Positions 30,433 through 39,270 of a stretch of 64,000 bases of DNA are shown here, in pieces. Source of the DNA: an uncultured Bacteroides sp. Its GTDB lineage: Bacteria > Bacteroidota > Bacteroidia > Bacteroidales > Muribaculaceae. Each line of letters begins with the position of its first letter. Position 1 is the first letter of the stretch. The stretch is from contig CAYSQI010000002.1 of the NCBI GenBank assembly GCA_964433215.1, positions 66,496 through 130,495 of the forward strand. Direction: 5' to 3'. The position numbers and the translations under genes are program-made. The notes beneath the pieces were generated by a model. That model worked only from the letters and a program-made list of their open reading frames with translations, had not been told where the DNA came from and did not search any database.

Positions 30433-31811
30433 GACGGATGTTGCATTGAGTAGCAGATGATTAGGGCAGCTATCAGCAGAATTGCAAAGACGCTTAGCCA
30501 AATCCACAATGAGCGCTGTCGGCGACAGTCGGCCACCACCAACGCTGCGGCCGGTAGTAGCATAGGCAGGTATGGCAAGCAATAGCGAGCGATGCGCCCC
30601 GACGACATGTAGGCGGTGATTATGGTCAGTATGACGCCCCACGCGATGAGCAGTTGCAGGCTGCGAGGAGCTTTGCGCGCCCGGACAAATATCCAATACA
30701 AAATCAGCGCACCGGCCAGATACCAAAAGTAGCTGACGTGCGCCACAGCGACTCCGGGGCCGTAGCATACGTGGCGTTCGAAGCCCCAAGGGAAGGGTAG
30801 CAGAAATTGTATTGCAACCGATACGGGTAGCCACAGCAACTTTGTGTAGAATGGAAGTTGTGTGTAGTCGCCCACGATGTTGTCCCATGGGCGTGTGGTC
30901 TCGTCGTTGAGTATCATCAGTGCGCACTCATCAGCGCTGATAGTGTTCAGAATATTATCAGGCGAAGGCATGACAACGCGGTTGACGATCTGGCCGCCGA
31001 TAAGAGCGATCACAGCCAGTGCGATAAGGCTTAGCCGAGTGCGGGGCTTTGCTCCGATAAGGAACAGGGCGCAACCTACAGCAAGCATGAACGACATGTT
31101 GTGGCGCAAGATCAGCAATAACGCCAATGCTGGTGTTAGTAGCGCTATGTCTTTGATATTCAGGCTTCGCTGTTGCCGATATATGCACACGATGCGGTCG
31201 ACGACGATGGCAGTCATGCACGTCACCGGCAAGTCTTTGACCAAAACGGAGCTGTGGGCCAGTAAAAAGCACATCATGGCCCCCAAGGCCATCGCTATGG
31301 TGGCGACATCGCGGTGGTCGGTCAGTCGGTATGCAATCGAACCAATCATCACAATACCAACCGCGTAGCAGAGCGACACGAAGAAAATCGGGTATGCAAT
31401 CGAGCGTCCGAATAGCCACAAGATGCCGGCCGTCGGGTACGACATTCCGGATACGAATACGTCGGGTCGGGCATCGCCAAATGCCATGTGGCAAGCCCAT
31501 GACCAATCGCGCATGGCGTCGAAATTTTGCATTAGCGGGTCAGCAACTGTGTGCCCGGCAGCGACCGTGAAGTAGTTGACGTTGATTATGACTAAAATTG
31601 CCGACAGCGTTGACGATATAAGAGCAATGCTGCGTGTCGCCATAGAGTCAATGCCGCTTGCACGTAGCGCGGCCAGCGCGGCAGCTACGATTACGGCGTA
31701 GGCAGCGGCTGATACCCCGACACCCGCGCCGGGAAGGGCGTACGCCACCAGCGCTACCGCCATAAAGCAAGCAGCAACGGCTGTTGCAAAAACTACCGCT
31801 GTCTTTTTCAT
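30429..31811 (-). CDS. Polytopic membrane protein, possible Wzy-like polymerase or GT-C glycosyltransferase
   Basis: About 11-12 TM segments, periplasmic loop with NFDAMRD, LVKD motif, coupled to the GT2 gene. Confidence 0.55.
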   Translation of the reverse strand: MKKTAVVFATAVAACFMAVALVAYALPGAGVGVSAAAYAVIVAAALAALRASGIDSMATRSIALISSTLSAILVIINVNYFTVAAGHTVADPLMQNFDAMRDWSWACHMAFGDARPDVFVSGMSYPTAGILWLFGRSIAYPIFFVSLCYAVGIVMIGSIAYRLTDHRDVATIAMALGAMMCFLLAHSSVLVKDLPVTCMTAIVVDRIVCIYRQQRSLNIKDIALLTPALALLLILRHNMSFMLAVGCALFLIGAKPRTRLSLIALAVIALIGGQIVNRVVMPSPDNILNTISADECALMILNDETTRPWDNIVGDYTQLPFYTKLLWLPVSVAIQFLLPFPWGFERHVCYGPGVAVAHVSYFWYLAGALILYWIFVRARKAPRSLQLLIAWGVILTIITAYMSSGRIARYCLPYLPMLLPAAALVVADCRRQRSLWIWLSVFAILLIAALIICYSMQHPS

Positions 31812-32027
31812 GTCGCAAAGTTAGCTATTTTTTGTCTGATTTACTTGCATTTTCCGCACAAACTGCAGCAAAAACCACGGGCGCACAAACGAAAGCAGTC
31901 GTTACTCGTTCGCATCTTCAAGGCAAGTCCGGTCTTTAGTCTTAAATTTCTTTTCGAAATCAGCCAATTCGTCTGTCAGCCGTAGCCTCCTCGCCATCGT
32001 CGCCGCACATAATGTTGCTGAAAATTT

Positions 32028-33419
32028 TTAAGTTGTTAATGACGATAAATCTATGTCGGGAATAATAGCATTTGCTAATTTGTCTTTTATAAGAAAGCCC
32101 ATATAAAGAGGGATGGAAAGAATAGAACCTTCGCGTCCGACGTTGTATTGTCCAAGCTTAATAGCATTGTTGACGTGGTAGACAGGCTTGTTTTTGAGCA
32201 CGGTTGTCAAACTTTTGGCTTTGCCGGTTTTTGCTTTGACTTCAAGAACAATGCACTCGCCTTTGTAGCGTACCAAAAAGTCAAGTTCAAGTCCGCTATC
32301 TTTGTGAAAATAGTAGAGCTTTTGCTCTGATTTGCAGAGAAAGTCAGCTATGAGATTTTCGAATATAGCTCCTTTATATCCTAAAAGGTTGCCTTTTAAG
32401 ATGTCTGCTTGGGAGCCGTAATCGAGCATGGCTACAAGAAGGCCGATGTCAGATGTGTACACTTTGAAACAATCATTAATCGCATTACCTTCCAATGGCA
32501 ATTCTGTGATATGTACATTATAACAACGGCGCACAATTCCTGCATCTTCCAGCCATTGTAGGCTGCCGATATACAGAGAAGCCCTTCCTCCTTTTTTTAT
32601 AATTGAATATTGAAATTTTTTGTTCTCTTTGGCTAATTGTTTTGGTATGGATTCAAAACATTCACAAATATGCGGCTTGTCGGTGTCAGCGGCATATTTA
32701 ACCATATCAGCCTCGTACTGAGTAATCAGATTGCGTTGAGTCTTGTATATGAGTTCGATATTTTTGGTCTCTAAAAAGCAATTTACTACTTCGGGTAGTC
32801 CACCGACAATCACATATCTATATAGCAGCTCCATCATAGCGTTGTGAACACCTTCAGGAACCTTTTTTTCGTTCTCAAAACATGATTTAACGGAATTGAT
32901 GACCGACTCAGGAATACCGTTAGCCCACAAGAATTCCTCAAAATCCAAAGGATACATGTCGATAATAGTTTCATATCCAACAGGAACGGAATCTGCCGAG
33001 ATATTTTGTCCGAGCTTTTGAGTGCTGTTACCATATCCTTTAACGCCTAAAAGCGAGCCGGTCGCAATTACATCAAATCGGCCATCAAGTTTGAAGGATT
33101 TCAAAGCAGTTCGAGCCTCTTTACATTCTTGAATTTCGTCAAATATGATACAGGTCTTTCCGCTTATAAATCTACAATTTTTTATTAAGGCCGAAAGATT
33201 GAGAATTATTGTATCTACATCAATATTTCCTGAAAAAGCCGCTTTTTTATCAGGTTCAAGAATGAAGTTCATATAGACGACATTGTCGTAATTCTCTCTT
33301 GCGAATTTTTGAACAATGTAAGTCTTGCCGCATTGTCGTATTCCACGTATTACAAGCGGCTTTTTGTCTTTTGAGTCTTTCCACTGGGCTAAAAATGTCT
33401 CTATTTTTCTGTGAAGCAT
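32028..33419 (-). CDS. AAA_14 ATPase with DUF4143 / PD-(D/E)XK-like C-terminus
   Basis: Walker A IRGIRQCGKT, Walker B IIFDEIQ, ATGSLLG, C-terminal ELDFLV...LEVK; start set to MLHRKI because the track start overlaps the promoter; AT-rich relative to its flanks. Confidence 0.9.
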   Translation of the reverse strand: MLHRKIETFLAQWKDSKDKKPLVIRGIRQCGKTYIVQKFARENYDNVVYMNFILEPDKKAAFSGNIDVDTIILNLSALIKNCRFISGKTCIIFDEIQECKEARTALKSFKLDGRFDVIATGSLLGVKGYGNSTQKLGQNISADSVPVGYETIIDMYPLDFEEFLWANGIPESVINSVKSCFENEKKVPEGVHNAMMELLYRYVIVGGLPEVVNCFLETKNIELIYKTQRNLITQYEADMVKYAADTDKPHICECFESIPKQLAKENKKFQYSIIKKGGRASLYIGSLQWLEDAGIVRRCYNVHITELPLEGNAINDCFKVYTSDIGLLVAMLDYGSQADILKGNLLGYKGAIFENLIADFLCKSEQKLYYFHKDSGLELDFLVRYKGECIVLEVKAKTGKAKSLTTVLKNKPVYHVNNAIKLGQYNVGREGSILSIPLYMGFLIKDKLANAIIPDIDLSSLTT

Positions 33420-33449
33420 AGGCTTATTAGAATTATTCGTTTGCAAATT

Positions 33450-33567
33450 TACACTTTTTCGACCGAATAAACAATGCTTCGCTACACTTTTTCGACCGAA
33501 TAATCGGCGTGTTGCTACACTTTTTCAACCGAATAATTGGTGTGCTGCTACACTTTTTCGACCGAAT
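33450..33567. repeat. Four-copy array, period exactly 33 bp (19-bp core TACACTTTTTCGACCGAAT + 14-bp spacer)
   Basis: Cores start at 33450, 33483, 33516 (one G>A change) and 33549; the first overlaps the minus-strand TAAATTTG promoter motif (33444-33451). Confidence 0.95.
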
Positions 33568-33736
33568 CGGTGATACACTTAAGGCTTTAAGGCGGTGAGA
33601 GAAGTGTTAACACGTTTTAGTAACACTATTACTATCAAATTGCTATGCACACTTTCCGAAGCGATGTGCAGTGGGGCTATTCTGTGACTGTGTGCTATTT
33701 GCTTGCTCATAAAAATTTATTAATTTTGCACACAGA

Positions 33737-34567
33737 ATGGAAAACGCAGGAGTAAAATCGTCGGCCGGGCCGATAAAAATCGACCTGGGTGCAGTGCTAC
33801 GCGAGCGCAAAGCTACGCGTTGCGTGCCCGGCTTTGTCGTGAGTTGGCTCAAGCGGTTGATACGCCAAGACGAGCTCAACGCTATGCTCCAGGCGGCGTA
33901 TCCGGCTCGAGGAGCCGAGTTTTGCCATGCCGTCCTCGACCACCTTGGCGTGAGCGTGTCCGTTAGCCATGAGGAGCGTCTGCCCGCCGCAGAGCAGCGC
34001 CGCGTTATTTATGTTAGCAATCATCCGCTTGGCGGGCTCGACGGCATGGCTCTCATTGATTGGGTCACTCGTCGCCACGGTGTCGAACCTCGCTTCGTGG
34101 TCAATGATTTGCTGATGGCCATAGAGCCTCTGCGCGAAGTCTTTCTGCCAATCAACAAGCATGGAGGTCAGTCGCGCGATGCAATTGCAGCAATCGACCG
34201 AGCCTTGGCCGACGACCGCCCCGTCATTATATTTCCGGCCGGCTTGTGTTCGCGCCGGCGCGGCGGAGTCGTTGCCGACTTGGAGTGGAAAAAGATGTTC
34301 GTGCTGAAAGCGCGGCAGACAGGGCGTCCGATACTGCCTCTGCATTTCAAGGGCCGCAATAGTTCGCGCTTCTATCGACTGGCAAATTTACGCGAGCGCG
34401 TGGGCATCAAGCTCAACGTAGAGATGGCTCTCTTGCCGGGCGAGATTTTCAAGGCCCGAGGCAAGGCGTTTGAAATAGTGTGTGGCGACCCTATCGACGC
34501 GGAGGCGCTCGCCGGCGATGCACAGACGGTAGCCGCTCGTATCCGCCAATATGTATTGAATTTATAA
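33737..34567 (+). CDS. PlsC-like acyltransferase (GlsA-like O-acyltransferase candidate)
   Basis: SNHPLGGLDG (HX4D), IIFPAGLCSR, WKKMF motifs; upstream of a GNAT gene. Confidence 0.85.
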   Translation: MENAGVKSSAGPIKIDLGAVLRERKATRCVPGFVVSWLKRLIRQDELNAMLQAAYPARGAEFCHAVLDHLGVSVSVSHEERLPAAEQRRVIYVSNHPLGGLDGMALIDWVTRRHGVEPRFVVNDLLMAIEPLREVFLPINKHGGQSRDAIAAIDRALADDRPVIIFPAGLCSRRRGGVVADLEWKKMFVLKARQTGRPILPLHFKGRNSSRFYRLANLRERVGIKLNVEMALLPGEIFKARGKAFEIVCGDPIDAEALAGDAQTVAARIRQYVLNL

Positions 34568-34595
34568 GACCTTAAGTCATAGAATTAAAAAAACG

Positions 34596-35549
34596 ATGAA
34601 CCGGAAAATCATAAACCCCGTACCCACCGAGCTAATCGAGCGCGAACTCACAGCCGAGCGATTTCTGCGCGACACAAATAAGGGTGGCAATCAGATATAT
34701 GTCGTAGATGCCCACAATTCGCCGAATGTGATGCGCGAAATCGGACGTCTGCGCGAGATTGCTTTTCGCTTGGCCGGAGGTGGCACGGGCAAGGACTGCG
34801 ACATCGACGAGTTCGATACGATGCAGCCCGCTTGTCAGCAGTTGTTGGTTTGGGACCCGGTGGGCAAACAGATACTTGGAGGCTATCGCTACATTTGCGG
34901 CAAGGATATACGCACCGACGAGCATGGCCGTCCGCGCATCGCCACTGCTCACATGTTCAATTTTTCCGATAAGTTCATCAAAGATTATTTGCCATATACC
35001 ATCGAACTTGGTCGTTCGTTTGTGCGACCGGAATACCAGTCGTCGCAGGCCGGTGCGAAGGCCCTTTATGCCCTCGACAACTTGTGGGACGGGCTCGGCA
35101 GCCTCACCGTCATTCATCCCGACATTAAGTATCTCTTCGGTAAGGTGACCATGTATCCCAACTACACCGAGGAGTGCCGCGACATGATACTTTACTTTCT
35201 GCACAAGCATTTTCCCGACCCCGACCACTTGGTACGACCCATCACGCCGCTGCCGTTCGAGAGCGATCCGCGCGAGATGGAGAAGATTTTCACATCCGAT
35301 GATTTCAAGGAGGATTATCTGATACTGAATACCCATGTTCGCGCTCATGGCGACAACATCCCGCCGCTGGTCAACGCTTACATGAGTCTTTCGCCGACGA
35401 TGCGTATGTTCGGCACAGCTATCAACGATGAATTCGGCAACGTCGAGGAAAGTGGTATTTTCTTTGCCGTCGATGAAATTCTTGATGCCAAAAAGCGTCG
35501 ACACATCGACTCATACCATCCTACGCTGCCCCTTTCCTCAGATATGTAA
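34596..35549 (+). CDS. GNAT-family N-acyl amino acid synthase (GlsB/OlsB-like)
   Basis: EIGRLREIAFR..GGGTG...DIDEFD, ILGGYR, IELGRSFV, LWDGLG, PPLVNAYM. Confidence 0.85.
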   Translation: MNRKIINPVPTELIERELTAERFLRDTNKGGNQIYVVDAHNSPNVMREIGRLREIAFRLAGGGTGKDCDIDEFDTMQPACQQLLVWDPVGKQILGGYRYICGKDIRTDEHGRPRIATAHMFNFSDKFIKDYLPYTIELGRSFVRPEYQSSQAGAKALYALDNLWDGLGSLTVIHPDIKYLFGKVTMYPNYTEECRDMILYFLHKHFPDPDHLVRPITPLPFESDPREMEKIFTSDDFKEDYLILNTHVRAHGDNIPPLVNAYMSLSPTMRMFGTAINDEFGNVEESGIFFAVDEILDAKKRRHIDSYHPTLPLSSDM

Positions 35550-35564
35550 TCGGGGTTTGCGATT

Positions 35565-35855
35565 TTAGCTGAGGAGAACTGATTCGAGGGTGGACGCTTG
35601 TTGTACGCCGGAGGCGCGCCATACGGCTTCGCCTTTACGAAATACGATCAGCGTCGGTACGCTTTGCACGCTGTAGTGCGCCGCCAGGTCTTGGTTGGCG
35701 TCGATGTCGACCTTCAGAATGGTGGCGCGGTCGCCAACGTTTGCTTTGACTTGTTCGAGGATTGGCGCTTGCATCTTGCACGGCCCGCACCACGTGGCGA
35801 AGAAGTCGACCAAAGTCGGCTTATCGCTACTAATTATTTCCGAGAATTTACTCAT
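35565..35855 (-). CDS. trxA: Thioredoxin
   Basis: From ATG 35855: MSKFSEII...LVDFFATWCGPCK...VQSVPTL. Confidence 0.95.
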   Translation of the reverse strand: MSKFSEIISSDKPTLVDFFATWCGPCKMQAPILEQVKANVGDRATILKVDIDANQDLAAHYSVQSVPTLIVFRKGEAVWRASGVQQASTLESVLLS

Positions 35856-35907
35856 GCTTTCGATGTATTGTCGTTGGAAAAAACAACAACTGATGAGCCA
35901 TGTTTGT

Positions 35908-36927
35908 TCAGTTGGCAATAGCTTCGCGTAGCTCGCGGCGCAGGCGGTAGTGGTCGCGCAGGCTTTCGAAGTCGCATGGTGCATCGCGCAGCATATCGGT
36001 GTCGACCAGCGGGTTGTAGCCATTGAGAGCGACTCCGGGAGTGATTGAGGAGGGCACGGGCGGCACGCAGAGCCCGGTGTTGAGGCGCGGCAGGCCGAAG
36101 CAATCGGTCAGTGCGTCGATTACCATCTGTGAGGCGCGTTTTTTGCCGGCTTCGCTGTATCCGGCGATGTGTGGCGTGGCTATGTCGGCCATGTCGAGCA
36201 GTTCGAGGTCTATGTTGGGCTCGCCTTCCCAGCAGTCAACCACAGAGGCTCCGACTACGCCGGCTCTGATAGCTTCTTTCCACGCTTCGGTATCGGCCAC
36301 CGGTCCGCGAGCAGCGTTGATGACAATCGGTGCGCGGCGTAGCGAGTTGAAGAAGTGGCTGTCGGCCAGGTGGTACGACGGGTCTTGACCATCGTATGTG
36401 AGCGGGGTGTGGAAAGTGATGATGTCGGCTCGGTGCGCCAGCTCGTCGAGTGTCGACCAGCCGTCGCCGCCTTCGGCACGCTGCCGTGGCGGGTCGCACA
36501 GCAGCACGGGCATCTCCAGCGAGCGTGCCCAGCGCTCGACGATGCGTCCTACGTGGCCTACACCGACAATGCCCAGCGTGTATTGGCGCAGCGGGCGGTT
36601 GACCAGCTGCATCAGCGATGAGAATACGTACTGAGCCACGGCCGGCGCGTTGCACCCCGGGGCGTTGACAGCCGTGATGCCGTGGGCGGCACACCAAGCC
36701 TGGTCGATGTGGTCGAGGCCTATGGTGGCGGTGCCCACGAAGCGCACACGCGAGCCTTCGAGCAGGTCGGCGTTGCAGCGCGTGCGTGTGCGCACAATCA
36801 GGGCGTCGGCATCGGCTACTGCAGCGCGGTCGATGGCCGTCGGAGCCAATATGCGCAGGTCGGCTATTTCGTTGAGCGACTCCAGGTACGGGACGTGCGA
36901 GTCGGCTACTATGGTGAGGCGGTTCAT
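35908..36927 (-). CDS. pdxB: 4-phosphoerythronate dehydrogenase
   Basis: LIVRTRT, ATIGLDHID, NAPGCNAPAVAQY, GIVGVGHVG, INAARG, DCWEGEP, TPHIAGYS. Confidence 0.93.
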   Translation of the reverse strand: MNRLTIVADSHVPYLESLNEIADLRILAPTAIDRAAVADADALIVRTRTRCNADLLEGSRVRFVGTATIGLDHIDQAWCAAHGITAVNAPGCNAPAVAQYVFSSLMQLVNRPLRQYTLGIVGVGHVGRIVERWARSLEMPVLLCDPPRQRAEGGDGWSTLDELAHRADIITFHTPLTYDGQDPSYHLADSHFFNSLRRAPIVINAARGPVADTEAWKEAIRAGVVGASVVDCWEGEPNIDLELLDMADIATPHIAGYSEAGKKRASQMVIDALTDCFGLPRLNTGLCVPPVPSSITPGVALNGYNPLVDTDMLRDAPCDFESLRDHYRLRRELREAIAN

Positions 36928-37907
36928 AAGGTAATTCTCCAGAAGTAAAGTGCCAGGTAGACGCCGATGATGCCGATGACGGCTATGTATTGGCGCTCGT
37001 AGCGGTGATTTACGAAATAATGGGTAATCTGGTAGGCGGCGTTGAGGTTGAGCAGCGGCACGTAGGCCAGGCAGTTGTCGTAGTCGAACACCATGGCTAT
37101 GAGGGTCGTGAGCGACACCAGCAAAAAGGCTCCGTTGAAAGCGCGAGCTCGTGCGTTGTAGGCAAAAGCCTTCATGGCGTTAGCAGCGACCGAGGCGATG
37201 AGCATCAGCACCGTGATGCCCGTAATTGTCAGTAGATATAGAGCCGAGTGGCCGTCGGCCGATGCAAAAATGCTGCGAATATCGGGCAAGTGCAGGCTAT
37301 TGATATCAATGAGCCCGAAGCCGAGCATATTGATCCACACTGTGGCGATACCGAGCATCGAGGCTGTGAACGCACGCGGAGTCAGCACGCGCATCTGCAG
37401 GCAGATGACCCAGAATAGCGGTATGAAAAAGGCGAAACAATACTGCGTGGTTGAGCCTAACGCCATTAGCAAAAATGCGGTGAAGATGGTGCGATTCGAC
37501 GCCGGATTGTCGTACGTGCCGAACATCATGAACAGGCCTATGATTATCACCAGGCCTACGAGCGGGCCGGAATTGAGCGTGAGCAGCTGCTGTGGCATCG
37601 CTCCTTGCATGATTGCGAATAGCCCGACGGGTAGCCAAGTCACGGTTCGCAATAGGTTGTAGGTCTTGTTGATGAGTAGCAACATTAGCATTATCAACAA
37701 GTTGAGTCCGATGCTAATGGCTGTTGCGCCGGCTGGGTTGAGCGGCCAGGCCGATGGCGCCGGCAGTCCGAGCCCTTGCTCGTTCTGCGGGGGTAGGGGA
37801 TCGGAAACGTGCCCCGACACTACGACGTAAGCGGCGGCAATGACAAACATAGCCACAGCGGCGAATTTGCCATGAAACCAGCGCGATATAATGTCGGGCT
37901 TCAGCAT
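36924..37907 (-). CDS. DUF6427-like polytopic membrane protein
   Basis: About 9-10 TM segments, located between purD and pdxB as commonly seen in Bacteroidales. Confidence 0.7.
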   Translation of the reverse strand: MLKPDIISRWFHGKFAAVAMFVIAAAYVVVSGHVSDPLPPQNEQGLGLPAPSAWPLNPAGATAISIGLNLLIMLMLLLINKTYNLLRTVTWLPVGLFAIMQGAMPQQLLTLNSGPLVGLVIIIGLFMMFGTYDNPASNRTIFTAFLLMALGSTTQYCFAFFIPLFWVICLQMRVLTPRAFTASMLGIATVWINMLGFGLIDINSLHLPDIRSIFASADGHSALYLLTITGITVLMLIASVAANAMKAFAYNARARAFNGAFLLVSLTTLIAMVFDYDNCLAYVPLLNLNAAYQITHYFVNHRYERQYIAVIGIIGVYLALYFWRITL

Positions 37908-37959
37908 GATGCGGGTAGCGCTTTGTGCTTATGAAATTTTAGTAAGCAATGGTCGGCGT

Positions 37960-39228
37960 TCAGAGCACGTCGCGACCGATGTCGCGGCGGAAGTACATGC
38001 CGTCGAACTTTATATCTTTGAGCGAGTGGTAGCTCTTGGCAAGGGCCTCTTCGAGTGTGGGAGCCAGCGAGGTGATGGCCAATACGCGGCCACCGGCGGT
38101 GACGAGTTCGCCCTCGGCATTGCGGGCGGTGCCGGCGTGGAAGACGATGCTGTCGGCCGGCTGCAAGTTGCCGCTGATAGGCAGGCCTTTGGGATAAGAG
38201 CCGGGGTAGCCGCCCGACACAGCGATTACAGTCGTGGCCGCTTCGGGGCGGATTTCAGCCGGGATGTCGCCGAGGCAGCCGTTGGCTACGCCTTCGAGCA
38301 AGTCGACCAGGTCGGAAGCCAAGCGAGGCATCACGACTTCGGTCTCCGGGTCGCCCATGCGCACGTTGTATTCAATCACGCGCGGCTCGCCGTCGACGTT
38401 GATGAGGCCGAGGAAGATGAAGCCGCGATAGACGAGGCCTTCGTCGAGCAGGCCTTTGATAGTCGGCCGGATGATGCGCGTTTCGACCTTCTCCATGAAG
38501 GTGTTGTCGGCAAACGGGACGGGGCTGACAGCGCCCATGCCGCCGGTGTTGAGGCCTGTATCGCCTTCGCCTACGCGCTTATAGTCCTTAGCGACGGGCA
38601 GGATGCGGTAGCCGCCGCAGCCGTCGGTGAGCACGAATACCGAGCATTCGATGCCCGACATGAATTCTTCAATCACTACCTTTTGCGAGGCTTTGCCAAA
38701 CTGTCCGGCGAGCATTTCGTCGAGCGAACGATGAGCTTCGTCGAGCGTCGGCACGATGAGCACACCCTTGCCGGCAGCGAGGCCGTCGGCTTTGAGCACG
38801 TAGGGGGCTTTGAGGCTCTCGAGGTAGGCATATCCGGCTTCGATAGTCTCGGGTGTGACGGTCATGTGTCCGGCAGTCGGTATGCCGTGGCGACTCATGA
38901 AGTCCTTGGCGAAGTCCTTGCTGCCTTCGAGCTGAGCGGCAGCTTTCGAGGGGCCTACAACCTTGACACCGCGCTCGGCGAAGTAGTCGTAGATGCCGGC
39001 CACCAGCGGGTCTTCGTTGCCTACGACGATGAGGTCGATGGCCAGGTCTGTCACTGTCTGCTCCACGCTTTTGAAGTCGAGCGGGCTTATCTTCGGCAGA
39101 TTGATGCCGTAGGCGTCGGTGCCGCCGTTGCCGGGCGCAATCCATAGCTGCGAGCAGCGTGGGCTTTCAGAGATTTTGCGAGCCAGGGCCGATTCGCGGC
39201 CGCCTGAGCCAAGGAGCAGTATGTTCAT
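37960..39228 (-). CDS. purD: Phosphoribosylamine-glycine ligase
   Basis: LLGSGGRE, APGNGG, LEGSKDFAK, KADGLAAGKGV, NTGGMGA, EYNVRMGDPE, GGRVL, FRRDIG. Confidence 0.97.
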   Translation of the reverse strand: MNILLLGSGGRESALARKISESPRCSQLWIAPGNGGTDAYGINLPKISPLDFKSVEQTVTDLAIDLIVVGNEDPLVAGIYDYFAERGVKVVGPSKAAAQLEGSKDFAKDFMSRHGIPTAGHMTVTPETIEAGYAYLESLKAPYVLKADGLAAGKGVLIVPTLDEAHRSLDEMLAGQFGKASQKVVIEEFMSGIECSVFVLTDGCGGYRILPVAKDYKRVGEGDTGLNTGGMGAVSPVPFADNTFMEKVETRIIRPTIKGLLDEGLVYRGFIFLGLINVDGEPRVIEYNVRMGDPETEVVMPRLASDLVDLLEGVANGCLGDIPAEIRPEAATTVIAVSGGYPGSYPKGLPISGNLQPADSIVFHAGTARNAEGELVTAGGRVLAITSLAPTLEEALAKSYHSLKDIKFDGMYFRRDIGRDVL

Positions 39229-39270
39229 GATGTCGTTTGGTTAAGGTGATGATAAAAATATGAGGGGTGT

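Noticed and set aside
29674-30927. Extended track starts (417-aa GT2, 152-aa thioredoxin 35565..36023, 560-aa ArnT, 472-aa ATPase) as fusions or N-terminal extensions
   Set aside because: The extensions overlap upstream genes or promoters and are non-homologous; internal ATGs give family-typical N-termini
31902-31997. 31-aa minus-strand ORF MARRLRLTDELADFEKKFKTKDRTCLEDANE downstream of ATPase no. 1
   Set aside because: Too short, no recognisable motif or start context; may be an island-edge remnant but I cannot support it
33450-33567. 33-bp arrays (here and at 46582-46700) as mini-CRISPR arrays
   Set aside because: Cores are 19 bp and non-palindromic, spacers are only 14 bp and resemble one another, and there are no cas genes in the window
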